Below, piece by piece: positions 10,002 to 20,101 of a stretch of 64,000 nt of DNA. Below the pieces are notes generated by a model that saw only the letters and a list, made by a program, of their open reading frames with translations, was not told the origin of the DNA and made no database searches. Position 1 is the stretch's first letter, and each line of letters begins with the position of its first letter. Source of the stretch: Acidobacteriaceae bacterium (GTDB lineage Bacteria > Acidobacteriota > Terriglobia > Terriglobales > Acidobacteriaceae); the NCBI GenBank assembly GCA_036498865.1, contig DASYEU010000015.1:8918-72917 (forward strand), written 5' to 3'. Made by a program: the position numbers and the translations under genes.

Positions 10002-10327
10002 AGAGGAGCTCCTTCGAGATTGGAACTGCCGGGCCCGTGGTGTCGCGAAGAGTTGGACGGGTTGCAGCTGAGTTGCGATTACAGGGATCTGGACATCGTT
10101 GTCGGCCTGTGGGAGATGCGAGGATGGCTTCCTGATTTTTGGGGATGAGCGGTCGGGGAGGAGCTTCCGGACGCCAGCGGGAAAATTAGAAGTACCTTGC
10201 GTGGTTCATTCGCAAGCGAGTGGGTTTCAACGCACAGGAGGGGATGTCAGACTAGGTTCCATAGGCCGGGGCACGCAGGACGGAGCAGCGCACAGACGCA
10301 CACATTTTTGTAAGGGAGTAGAAGCCA

Positions 10328-11860
10328 ATGTCCGATAACGCAGACGATCTCCGGATTCATTACCAGGACGAGGCGCCGCGTGGCGCTCGCATTAAGGTGA
10401 TTGGGGTAGGTGGCGGCGGGAACAATGCTGTCAACCGGATGATCGCGGCGGGCGTGGAGGGTGTTGAGTTCATCTCGGCCAACACGGACGTGCAGGCGCT
10501 GCAGTTGTCGAATGCGCCGATCAAGCTGCAGTTGGGCGTAAAGCTGACGAGCGGGTTGGGTGCGGGCGCGAATCCTGATGTGGGACGGCGCGCGGCGCTC
10601 GAGGACTCGGACAAAATTATTGAGGCGCTCGAGGGCGCAGACATGGTGTTCGTGACTGCGGGTCTTGGCGGCGGCACGGGCACGGGCGCGGCTCCCGTGA
10701 TTGCCAGCCTGGCGAGCGAGATGGGCGCGCTGACGGTTGCGGTGGTGACGCGGCCGTTCGCGTTCGAAGGCAAGCGGCGGATGATGCAGGCCGAGCGCGG
10801 CATGCAGGAACTGCTGGAATCGGTGGATACGCTGATTGTGATTCCGAACGAGAAGCTGCTGGCGGTGGCCAAGGACGCGGGCTTCTTCGAGAGCTTCCGG
10901 ATTGCGGACGATGTATTGCGCCAGGGCGTGCAGGGGATTTCGGACATCATTACGATTCCGGGCGTGATCAACCGCGACTTCGCGGACGTGAAGACGACGA
11001 TGGCCGGCATGGGCTACGCCGTGATGGGTACGGCGAGAGGCGCAGGCGAGAATCGCGCGATGGATGCTGCGATTGCGGCGATGGCGAGTCCGCTGCTGGA
11101 GGCGGGCGCGATCGATGGAGCGCGCGGCGTGCTGATCAACATTACGGGTTCGAGCAACCTGAAGCTGAGCGAGGTGAACGAGGCTTCGACGATCATTCAG
11201 AACGCGGCGCACGAGGACTGCAACATTATCTTTGGCGCGGTGCAGGATGAGCGGATGGGCGATGAGGTGCGCATCACGGTGATCGCGACCGGCTTCAGGC
11301 AGGAGATGCCGGAGCGGCGCGCACGCATGCTGGCTGAGTCGACGCTGCCAGGTGCGGATTTCCAGGTGCCGATTCGCGGACGGAGTGTGAGCGGACGCGG
11401 CGTCGAGGCGCCGGCCTTGTTTGCGAGCGAAGAGAAGGAGATGCGGCAGAGCGCGCCACCGCGCGAGGTCGAGCTGGCGCAGCCGAGCCCAGCGGCGAAG
11501 GTTGAGGCGGAAGAGATTGACGACGAGGCGGAGGCCGCAGAGATTGAGCTGGATGCTGACGGCTCGGCTGACGACGTGGAGGCGATGGAGCTAGAGGACG
11601 ACGTAGCGCCCGAGGCAGAGCACAGGACGGAGCCGGAACTGATTCCGGTGTCAGCTTCCGTGTTCGACGACGACTTCTTCCGGGCGAGCCGAGCTCGCGG
11701 GGAGGCTGCCGCACGAGCTGGAGTGGCGACGGAGGCAGCACCTGTTGCTGCAGCACCTACTGGCGACGCGCGGCTGTTTGCCGGAGTGAGTGCCTCCCAC
11801 GCGGAGCCTGCGGACGCGGATGAACTGGATATTCCGGCGTTCCTGCGGCGCAGCCAATAG
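10328..11860 (+). CDS. ftsZ: Cell division GTPase FtsZ
   Basis: [14 protein letters not shown] and [13 protein letters not shown] tubulin signature. Long acidic linker and C-terminal DIPAFLRR peptide. gggag RBS. Confidence 0.97.
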   Translation: MSDNADDLRIHYQDEAPRGARIKVIGVGGGGNNAVNRMIAAGVEGVEFISANTDVQALQLSNAPIKLQLGVKLTSGLGAGANPDVGRRAALEDSDKIIEALEGADMVFVTAGLGGGTGTGAAPVIASLASEMGALTVAVVTRPFAFEGKRRMMQAERGMQELLESVDTLIVIPNEKLLAVAKDAGFFESFRIADDVLRQGVQGISDIITIPGVINRDFADVKTTMAGMGYAVMGTARGAGENRAMDAAIAAMASPLLEAGAIDGARGVLINITGSSNLKLSEVNEASTIIQNAAHEDCNIIFGAVQDERMGDEVRITVIATGFRQEMPERRARMLAESTLPGADFQVPIRGRSVSGRGVEAPALFASEEKEMRQSAPPREVELAQPSPAAKVEAEEIDDEAEAAEIELDADGSADDVEAMELEDDVAPEAEHRTEPELIPVSASVFDDDFFRASRARGEAAARAGVATEAAPVAAAPTGDARLFAGVSASHAEPADADELDIPAFLRRSQ

Positions 11861-12237
11861 GGTTAGGCTGGCCGGCTGAGTTTGTGAAGTTCGTCACTGC
11901 CGATTTGGTTCTGCGTCCCGTAAAATAGAAGGACCGGACGCGGATTCTGTATCCGATCGGTGGGCGTTTTTTCTTGGAATTTTGAAGGCGCGCGGCCGAA
12001 CCTGTTGCAGGAAAACGGCTTGCGGCACGATTGAAAGCGCCGGAGGATGACCCCTCCGAGCTATTGCAGGAGTGTTGTTTGGCGGGTTGAATGAGTAGCA
12101 AGGGCCTTGACCAGCAGGGCCGCTGCGGACTGAGCAAACTTTCGAAGGGCTCAGTGGGTCGAAAGAAGTAGCCGGACGTTTTTGGACGGACTGTACGAAG
12201 CGCGTCAGCAGCAAAGAACCCTGGGGGAACACTGTAC

Positions 12238-13566
12238 ATGGCCCGGAAATTCCACTGGAGCACTGCAACCGTAATCTGCCTTACCGCCTCGATTCTGACC
12301 GCGCCCGCATTTCTGGCGCACGCACAGACAAATACCAGCACCTCGAAGACGGCAGTCCACAAAAAGGTGGCGCACAGCACCGGCGCGACCAAGACTGCTT
12401 CGGCGAAGAGTGCGGCGGCGAAGAGAACTTCGGCAAAAGCTACGGCGGTGCGAACGCGCACGGCGACCACCCACGCCGCAACTGCGGCAGTCTATCGGAC
12501 CGGTACCAGGGCGAGGACCCGCGCTGGCGCGCATACCGTGCTGGCGGTTCGACGGACCACTCGCCATGCAACGTACGAGCGGTTTACGGGCAACTCGTTT
12601 GCAGTCGACGCGACGCAGGGCGACGTGACTGCGGGTGAGGATCCGGTGGTACGCGAGGCTGCGATTCAGGCCCTGGGCAACATGAACGGGACGGCGGTGG
12701 CAATCGATCCGTCGACCGGGCGGATCCTGGCAATGGTGAACCAGAAGCTTGCGCTTTCGAGCGGCGCAGAACCCTGCTCGACGATCAAGTTGTCGGTGGC
12801 TCTGGCGGCGCTGGATGAGGGGTTGATCACGAAGGACACGCCGGTCAATCTGGGCGGCCACTACACGATGAACCTGACCACGGCGCTGGCGAAGTCGATC
12901 AATCCGTACTTCGAAACTCTGGGGCGGATGCTGGGCTTTGAGCGTGTGAAGTACTACGCAAACCAGTTCGGCTTGGGCGAGCTGGCAGGCTACAACATCC
13001 CGGGCGAGCAGCTTGGGGTGTACCCGGATACACCACTGCCGGAGGCGCAGGGCGGTGTGGGACGGATGTGCTCGTTTGGCGAAAGCATTTCGATGACGCC
13101 GCTGCAGTTGGGCGCGCTGGTGTCTGCGATTGCGAATGGCGGGACTCTCTATTACCTGCAGCATCCGGAAAGCGCGGATGAGGTGGCGGCGTTCGAACCG
13201 AAGGTGAAGCGGATTCTGGACATCGCGCCGCTGATTCCGGAGATGAAGGATGGCATGGAGGGCGCGGTGGATTACGGCACGGCGCGCTCGCTGCGGGTGA
13301 ACTTCCGCGAGTTCCCGGTGCTGGGCAAGACGGGGACCTGCTCGAACAAGGGAACTCGGTTCGGGTGGTTTGCGTCGTACGCGGAGACGCCGGCGGGACG
13401 GATTGTGACCGTGTTCTTTATCGAGGGCGGACGGCCGAGCTTTGGACCGAAGGCTGCGGAACTGACGGGCGCGTTCTATCGCGGACTGTGGGACCGGAAT
13501 TACTTCGACGCGAAGACTCCGCAGATGGCGGCGACCGGCGGCCGGACGATTCGGGCGAACCCGTAG
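12238..13566 (+). CDS. Penicillin-binding protein, transpeptidase domain only, with basic Lys/Ala/Thr/Arg-rich N-terminal segment
   Basis: Signal peptide MARKFHWSTATVICLTASILTAPAFLAHA. SxxK (STIK), SxN (SIN), KTG (KTGT). Residues about 30-110 are low-complexity and basic. Confidence 0.8.
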   Translation: MARKFHWSTATVICLTASILTAPAFLAHAQTNTSTSKTAVHKKVAHSTGATKTASAKSAAAKRTSAKATAVRTRTATTHAATAAVYRTGTRARTRAGAHTVLAVRRTTRHATYERFTGNSFAVDATQGDVTAGEDPVVREAAIQALGNMNGTAVAIDPSTGRILAMVNQKLALSSGAEPCSTIKLSVALAALDEGLITKDTPVNLGGHYTMNLTTALAKSINPYFETLGRMLGFERVKYYANQFGLGELAGYNIPGEQLGVYPDTPLPEAQGGVGRMCSFGESISMTPLQLGALVSAIANGGTLYYLQHPESADEVAAFEPKVKRILDIAPLIPEMKDGMEGAVDYGTARSLRVNFREFPVLGKTGTCSNKGTRFGWFASYAETPAGRIVTVFFIEGGRPSFGPKAAELTGAFYRGLWDRNYFDAKTPQMAATGGRTIRANP

Positions 13567-13642
13567 AGCGAGTTGCTGCCATAGTTGGCTGGCGAAGCGC
13601 TGTGCGCGCTGTCACTTAGGTTTCGCTTAATTTCGTTTTTTC

Positions 13643-13671
13643 TTCGCTATTTCCCAAATCGGTGCTAGAAT
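13643..13671 (+). promoter_or_regulatory. Candidate recA promoter (-35 TTCGCT, 17-nt spacer, extended -10 TGcTAGAAT)
   Basis: TAGAAT at 13666-13671 preceded by TGc; TTCGCT at 13643-13648. A second TTCGCT at 13622-13627 forms a 21-bp-spaced direct repeat. Confidence 0.35.
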
Positions 13672-13701
13672 CCTTGTGACTTTACCGAGGAGAATTCCAG
13701 C

Positions 13702-14775
<1,074 letters not shown>

Positions 14776-14806
14776 CAGCAGATTCTCTACATGGAATCCA
14801 AATGGA

Positions 14807-14840
14807 ACGTGCCGGAAGACTCAGTCTTCCGGCACGTTTG
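14807..14840. terminator. Bidirectional rho-independent terminator between convergent recA and satP
   Basis: 31-nt perfect palindrome ACGTGCCGGAAGACT-C-AGTCTTCCGGCACGT (14807-14837), followed by TTTG on the plus strand. Confidence 0.7.
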
Positions 14841-14852
14841 CGTTGGCAGGAA

Positions 14853-15473
14853 TTAGTTTGCGAGGAAGGGTTTTCCGACGGGAATGACGACCCGGTTGGC
14901 GGTGGCGTTGAGGACTTCGATGAAGGCCACGGCTAGAGCGTCGATGCCTGTGAGCAGGCCGAGGTAGCCGCCGATGGTGCCGCAGGTGAGCGAACCGAAG
15001 GAGTAGCCGAAGTCGCCCCAGGCGAGGAAGAAGAAGGTCATCCAAAGCAGGAGGAAGATGCTCCACACGGCCTTGCTGAGGCGGAAGGTGACGAGCCAGA
15101 GGAGCAGGGTGAAGATGCCCCACATGAGCAGGACGGTGCCTCCCGCGGAGGCAGGCGGGGCTTTGAGCCAGCCGGCGCCGACAGACCACTGCAGCAGCGC
15201 GAACCACCACCAGAACAGGCCGTAGGAGGTGAAGGCGACCATTCCGAAGGTGTTGCCGACCTTGAACTCGAAGGCTCCGGCGATGAGTTGGGCGACCCCG
15301 CCGTAGGCAAAGGCGAGAGGGACGACGACGGGGACGGCTTCGTGGGGCAACAGGCCGGCGTTGATGGCGCTGAGGACGACGGTAGTGAGGCCGAATCCGG
15401 CGAGCCCAAGCGGGCCAGGGTTGGCGGACTTCGGGAGTGGGGCGAGGGTCTGTGCGTCGGTGGAGTCGGACAT
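14853..15473 (-). CDS. satP: GPR1/FUN34/YaaH-family acetate/succinate transporter
   Basis: NPGPLGLAGFGLTTVVLS family signature and six predicted TM helices. Start chosen at ATG 15473 (AGGAG RBS) rather than the ORF-track start 15515. Confidence 0.8.
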   Translation of the reverse strand: MSDSTDAQTLAPLPKSANPGPLGLAGFGLTTVVLSAINAGLLPHEAVPVVVPLAFAYGGVAQLIAGAFEFKVGNTFGMVAFTSYGLFWWWFALLQWSVGAGWLKAPPASAGGTVLLMWGIFTLLLWLVTFRLSKAVWSIFLLLWMTFFFLAWGDFGYSFGSLTCGTIGGYLGLLTGIDALAVAFIEVLNATANRVVIPVGKPFLAN

Positions 15474-15580
15474 CAATGAAGCTCCTGAAAGATGGAGGTC
15501 GAAGTGCGCACCCATCCTACGCAGGGGAGTGGAGGCTGCGCTACCGTCGCTTGAGAAATTCCGGTCGGGCTCGCGGGCAC

Positions 15581-15613
15581 GAGAAAGGGGTACCCGACGG
15601 CGCGGGTACCCCT
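15581..15613 (-). terminator. Rho-independent terminator of the ECF sigma operon
   Basis: AGGGGTACCCG-acggcg-CGGGTACCCCT, an 11-bp perfect stem (15586-15613). On the minus strand it is followed by TTTCT. It lies 22 nt past the stop of the LTXXQ gene. Confidence 0.6.
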
Positions 15614-15635
15614 GAGGTTTCGGAGCGGCGTGGAG

Positions 15636-16358
15636 TTACGGCCGATCGATGGGCTCAACGAAGTCGCTGGTACCGGGTGCACCGGGATGCGGGCCTCGTC
15701 CATGACCGCCGCCACCGGGACCACCTTGTCCGCCGGGGCCGCCTTGCGGATTGAATCCGCTGGCGCGATCCCTGAGCTTGGTCCACTGTTCCGGTGTGAG
15801 GGTGGCGCGGATGCCGAGCAGCATCTTGGCGTTGGCCTTTTCGAGGTCGGCGCGGGCCTGGGCCACTTTGTCGATCTGGGCGGAGGCCTTGGCAGTGTCG
15901 AGCGGGTTCGCGCTAAGAAGCGGCTCCAGCATCACCTGCTGCTTTTCGACGTTGGCCTTGAGGTCAATGAGTTGGAGGCGGCTCTGCTGGAAGATGTCGT
16001 CCATCTTTTTGGTCTGGTCGGCGGTGAGGGAAAGCCTCTGGACGACGGCAGGGTTCTTCCACCACATGCCGCCGGGGCCCATGCGGAATCCGCCCTGGCC
16101 TTCGCCGCGGAAATTTTCGCGGCCACGCATCATGTGAGCGCGTTCAATCTCCTGCCGCATGGCGGGCGCAGCATTGCGCTGCATGCCGGGGCGCATCTGG
16201 GGGCGCGGGTTTACCGGCGGCTGACGCTCTACGGGCGCGGCTGGGGTGGAGGAATCGGCGGGGGCAGCAGGCGACGGCTGCTGGGAGGTAGCAATGGCTG
16301 CGGAGAGTCCGAAGGCAGCAAGGGCGAGCAATGGGTTGCGAGTGAGTCGGAGAATCAT
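15636..16358 (-). CDS. Periplasmic Spy/CpxP-like LTXXQ-motif protein
   Basis: Start at MILRLTRNPLLALAAFGLSAAIA (signal peptide). LTADQ and LTPEQ motifs. Gly/Pro-rich tails. The ORF-track version 15636..16772 is over-extended into the anti-sigma gene. Confidence 0.7.
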   Translation of the reverse strand: MILRLTRNPLLALAAFGLSAAIATSQQPSPAAPADSSTPAAPVERQPPVNPRPQMRPGMQRNAAPAMRQEIERAHMMRGRENFRGEGQGGFRMGPGGMWWKNPAVVQRLSLTADQTKKMDDIFQQSRLQLIDLKANVEKQQVMLEPLLSANPLDTAKASAQIDKVAQARADLEKANAKMLLGIRATLTPEQWTKLRDRASGFNPQGGPGGQGGPGGGGHGRGPHPGAPGTSDFVEPIDRP

Positions 16359-16360
16359 GG

Positions 16361-16918
16361 TTAGTCTTTCCTTTGGGTTGAAGTGGGCACGGAAGAATCG
16401 AGGCTCCCGGAGGCGACGCCGGCCGGATCGGCGAGCGCCAGCATTGGAGTCGGAACGGAGGCGGAGATTTCGGTGTCGACGTCGTTGAGCAGCGCTTCGT
16501 CCTCGGTCTGGACGGTGCGATCGGCGACGCTGGCGGCGACCGCTGGAGCCGGCTGGAACGAATGCTGCCGCAGGGCCTGCATCGGCAGGAAGGCCAGAAT
16601 GACGGCCGCAGCTGCCGTGGCCCAGTAGGCAGGCTGCACGGCCAGCGTGTGCGCGGGGCGGGCGGGCAGCTGCATCGGCGGCAGGTTCCGAAGTTCGTTG
16701 TTGGCGTAGGTGGTGCTGGCCTGGCGGAACAGCGAGAGCGAATCGCGCAGGCCGGCAAGTTCGGCGGCACATTGTTCGCAGGCGAGGAGATGGGCTTCAG
16801 CTGCGGACGTTTCAGAGGTACGAATTCCCACGGGCTGCGAGAGAAGCTGGCCGAACTGATCTTCGGTGAGGTGCATGGTCTCGGAAGCGCTGCAGGGCGA
16901 TGCTGAGTGAGGAGTCAT
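16361..16918 (-). CDS. Anti-sigma factor (zf-HC2/ZAS type), single TM
   Basis: HLLACEQC (Hx3Cx2C), then TM AYWATAAAAVILAFLPM. ATGA overlap with the upstream sigma gene. Confidence 0.75.
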   Translation of the reverse strand: MTPHSASPCSASETMHLTEDQFGQLLSQPVGIRTSETSAAEAHLLACEQCAAELAGLRDSLSLFRQASTTYANNELRNLPPMQLPARPAHTLAVQPAYWATAAAAVILAFLPMQALRQHSFQPAPAVAASVADRTVQTEDEALLNDVDTEISASVPTPMLALADPAGVASGSLDSSVPTSTQRKD

Positions 16919-17520
16919 ACGGTCTCCTTCTGTGGGGTGTGGCGAGTGCGAATAATGTTGAGCGCGCGGTAGAGGTGGCTCTTCACAGTGCCGAGGGGCA
17001 AGCCGGTGACGGTTGCGATCTCGGGGATTTCCATTTCTTCCAGGAAACGCAGCAGGAAGATGGTGCGCTGGCGCGGAGAGAGGTCTGCGACAGTCTGCCA
17101 GATGAGTTTGACCTGTTCCTGGGCGATGAGCTGGGATTCGGCCGAGCCCTCGCGATTGGGAATGTTGGCGGCGACTTCGTCGACATCGACCGCGCTGGCG
17201 GCGATGTGCTTCCAGAAACGGAAGCGGCCGGTGCGGGTGTGGTCGCGCGCCAAGTTGAGGGCGATGCGGATGAGCCAGGTGGCGACAGAGCAGTCTTCGC
17301 GGAACGTGTCGCGGGCGGTCCAGGCGCGGAGGAAGGTTTCCTGGGTTAGCGTCTCGGCAGCGTCGCGGTCGCGCAGGTTGGCGAGCAGAAAACGGAAGAC
17401 GCGGGGCTGGTAGAGTGCGACGACGGTTTCGAGGTCGTCAAGCGGGGTGGTGCGCGCCCCTGCTCCGAGGGTAAGGCTTGTAGACGGGAAGGTCTGGATG
17501 TTATCCGGCACCATGCGCAT
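16915..17520 (-). CDS. ECF-type RNA polymerase sigma-70 factor
   Basis: Region 2 RVFRFLLANLRDRDAAETLTQETFLRAW. Region 4 EEMEIPEIATVTGLPLGTVKSHLYRA. Confidence 0.9.
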   Translation of the reverse strand: MRMVPDNIQTFPSTSLTLGAGARTTPLDDLETVVALYQPRVFRFLLANLRDRDAAETLTQETFLRAWTARDTFREDCSVATWLIRIALNLARDHTRTGRFRFWKHIAASAVDVDEVAANIPNREGSAESQLIAQEQVKLIWQTVADLSPRQRTIFLLRFLEEMEIPEIATVTGLPLGTVKSHLYRALNIIRTRHTPQKETV

Positions 17521-17650
17521 TCCTCACGGCTCTGGCTGGCGGTTCGCCAATTTCGAGCAGCTATCAGGACAGACGGGATGGGGGTTCGAGAAGTCTACGG
17601 TTGCACTGGAATATTTTTTCGCCTCCGGGCTGAGGTATCCTGCTCTAGCT

Positions 17651-18154
17651 ATGCAATTTGTCAAGGCGATCTACCCTGGAACGTTCGATCCGCTGACTAA
17701 CGGGCATCTGGACCTGATTTCGCGCGGGTCGAGATTTGTGGATGAGTTGGTGGTGGCAATTCTGCGGAACTCGGAAAAGGGAGCTCCGCTGTTCACTGTA
17801 GCGGAGCGGGTCGAGATGATTTCGGAGGCGATCGCTGGGGCGGGTTTTTCAAACGTCTCGGTGACGACGTTCGATGGATTGCTGGTGGACTTCGCGAAGC
17901 GGCAGGGAGCGAAGGCGGTGTTGCGGGGGATTCGCGCGATTTCCGACTATGAGTACGAGTTCCAGATGGCGATGATGAACCGCAAACTGGATCCAGACCT
18001 GGAAACGTTGTTCATGATGCCGGCGGAGAAGTACACCTACGTCAGTTCGCGGCTGATCAAGGGCGTGTTCAAGCTGGGCGGCGACGTGAGCGAACTGGTG
18101 CCGCCGCTGGTGATGGCGCGGATGCGGGCAAAGACGGCAGCGATCGCCGGATAG
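17651..18154 (+). CDS. coaD: Phosphopantetheine adenylyltransferase
   Basis: MQFVKAIYPGTFDPLTNGHLDLISRG. The ORF-track start 17447 is over-extended. Confidence 0.93.
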   Translation: MQFVKAIYPGTFDPLTNGHLDLISRGSRFVDELVVAILRNSEKGAPLFTVAERVEMISEAIAGAGFSNVSVTTFDGLLVDFAKRQGAKAVLRGIRAISDYEYEFQMAMMNRKLDPDLETLFMMPAEKYTYVSSRLIKGVFKLGGDVSELVPPLVMARMRAKTAAIAG

Positions 18155-18191
18155 CAAGGCGGCCACGGAAGAGCACCAACAAGGTGGGGAA

Positions 18192-18809
18192 GTGACCCTT
18201 CAGGAGCAGTTCGGGCAGATCGATATCTATCTGTTCGACCAGATTTTGCGTGGCAACATCTCGCCGGGCATGCGAGTGGTGGATGCGGGGTGCGGACGCG
18301 GGCGGAACCTGGTGTACCTGCTGCGCGAGAGGTATGAGGTCTTCGGAGTAGATGGAGACTCGGATGCAGTCGCATACGTGCAGGCAATGGTGCGTCGGCT
18401 GGCGCCCGATCTGCCGGCAGGGAACTTTCAAGTAGCCCCGATTGAGAAGATGCCGTTTGCGGATGCCTTCGCGGATGTCGTGGTGTGCAATTCCGTTCTG
18501 CATTTTGCGCAGGACGACCTACAGTTCGATGCGATGCTGCGTGAGATGTGGCGTGTGTTGCGACCCGGCGGGCTGCTGTTCTGCAGGCTCGGGTCGACGA
18601 TTGGGATGGAGTTTCCGAGAGTCGGTGGCGCGGGTTCGGTACGGCGGTTCCGCATGCCCGATGGGCAGGATTGGTACCTGGTGGATGAGGCGATTCTGAT
18701 GGCACTGACGGGGAAGTTGGGTGGCCGGCTGGTGGATCCGCTGAAGACGACGGTGGTGCAGGGGCACCGCTGCATGACGACGTGGGTGGTGCGGAAGTCG
18801 AGGGGCTGA
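18192..18809 (+). CDS. Class I SAM-dependent methyltransferase
   Basis: VVDAGCGRGRNLVYLL (motif I), DVVVCNSVLHF, LRPGGLL. Confidence 0.8.
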   Translation: MTLQEQFGQIDIYLFDQILRGNISPGMRVVDAGCGRGRNLVYLLRERYEVFGVDGDSDAVAYVQAMVRRLAPDLPAGNFQVAPIEKMPFADAFADVVVCNSVLHFAQDDLQFDAMLREMWRVLRPGGLLFCRLGSTIGMEFPRVGGAGSVRRFRMPDGQDWYLVDEAILMALTGKLGGRLVDPLKTTVVQGHRCMTTWVVRKSRG

Positions 18810-18872
18810 CGCACACGGACTTCCGGGCTTTATCTCGATGGCGAAAACTGAGAGACTGTAAACAGGAGCTTA

Positions 18873-20072
18873 TTGGCTATGAGCGTAACTGCGACCAAGA
18901 TTCTGAGTGACCGGATCAATCGGATTGAAGTATCGGCGACGATGGCGATTACGGCCGAGGCGCTGAAGATGGAGGCGTCCGGGATCAGCCTGGCGAACTT
19001 TGGTGCGGGCGAGCCGCACTTTGCGACTCCCCGGCATATCAAGGACGCGGCGATCGACGCGATCGAGAAGAATTTTTCGAAGTACACGGCGGTGGCCGGT
19101 ACACCCAGTGTGCGCAAGTCCGTAGTGGAGCGCCATGCGGCGGATTTTGGGTCGAACTACGCGGTGGAAGAGTGCGTGTTCACGACCGGCGGAAAACTGG
19201 CGTTGTTCAACGCGATCCAGGTGCTGGTGGACCACGGCGACGAAGTGATCCTGCCGGTGCCGTTCTGGGTGTCGTTCAAGGACATCATTCAATATGCGGG
19301 CGGCAAAGTGGTGCTGGTCGAGAGCGACGAGCGCGAAAACTTCCGCATCACTGCCCAGATGATCGAGGCGGCGATTACGCCCAAGACGAAAGCGATTATT
19401 TTGAACACGCCTTCGAATCCGTCGGGGGCGGTTGTATCGCCTGCGGATCTTGAGGCGATCGTTCGCCTGGCGCATGCTCGCGGAATCTACGTGCTGTTGG
19501 ATGAGTGCTACGTCTACCTGACGTTCACGGGCGCTCCGGTAAGCGGCGGCACGTTTACGGACTGCAAGGAGCACGTGGTGATCCTGGGTTCGCTCTCGAA
19601 GACGTACGCGATGACGGGCTGGCGCGCAGGGTTTGCTCTGGGGCCGAAGCAGGTGATCGGCGCGATGAGCAAGCTACAGTCGCAGAGCACGTCGAATACG
19701 GCGAGCATGGTGCAGCAGGCTTCAATTGTGGCGCTGACGAGTTCGCAGGAGTGTGTGACGGAGATGCGGGCGGATTATCTGAAGCTGCGCGACCGAATTC
19801 TGGCGGGGTTCAAGACGATCCCCGGACTGACCTGCACGGTGCCGCAGGGTGCGTTCTATGTGTATCCGAATGTGAGCACCTTTATCGGCAAGGGCGGTAT
19901 CAAGTCGGCGGCCGACCTGGCGTCGAAGCTGCTTACGGAAGCGCACGTGGTGGTGGTTCCGGGCGAGGCGTTTGGGACGAAGGAGCATGTGCGGCTGTCG
20001 TACGCAGTCTCCCACGATGTAGTGGATGAAGGTGTGAAGAGGATGCGCGAGTATTTTGCGGCTCTAGGATAA
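18873..20072 (+). CDS. Pyridoxal-phosphate-dependent class I aminotransferase (aspartate aminotransferase-like)
   Basis: NTPSNPSGAV and SLSKTYAMTGWRAGF (PLP lysine motif). Confidence 0.9.
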   Translation: MAMSVTATKILSDRINRIEVSATMAITAEALKMEASGISLANFGAGEPHFATPRHIKDAAIDAIEKNFSKYTAVAGTPSVRKSVVERHAADFGSNYAVEECVFTTGGKLALFNAIQVLVDHGDEVILPVPFWVSFKDIIQYAGGKVVLVESDERENFRITAQMIEAAITPKTKAIILNTPSNPSGAVVSPADLEAIVRLAHARGIYVLLDECYVYLTFTGAPVSGGTFTDCKEHVVILGSLSKTYAMTGWRAGFALGPKQVIGAMSKLQSQSTSNTASMVQQASIVALTSSQECVTEMRADYLKLRDRILAGFKTIPGLTCTVPQGAFYVYPNVSTFIGKGGIKSAADLASKLLTEAHVVVVPGEAFGTKEHVRLSYAVSHDVVDEGVKRMREYFAALG

Positions 20073-20101
20073 GTGTCGAGTTTCCACTAACATTGGTGCC
20101 T

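Noticed and set aside
11861-12237. Housekeeping ncRNA (RNase P RNA, SRP/4.5S, tmRNA, 6S) in the ftsZ-PBP spacer.
   Set aside because: No GAGGAAAGUCC-type RNase P box, no GGAA-tetraloop SRP domain IV motif and no tRNA-like tmRNA ends were seen. A 6S RNA cannot be excluded without a covariance search. A 26-codon ORF (MSSKGLDQQGRCGLSKLSKGSVGRKK) has no support.
15636-16772. Over-extended N-termini in the ORF track. Examples: 1704, 15636..16772, 17447, 22651, 31297, 43982..44893, 45727..46593, 49456..51069, 54178, 56721.
   Set aside because: The upstream extensions overlap neighbouring genes or repeat elements and lack protein-like composition. Internal starts with an RBS and/or a signal peptide give proteins matching family N-termini.
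17521-17650. Autoregulated ECF promoter upstream of the sigma gene.
   Set aside because: The GAACC motifs present are spaced only 9-12 nt from the nearest CGTC/CGTGA elements, or are too close to the start codon. No confident call is possible.
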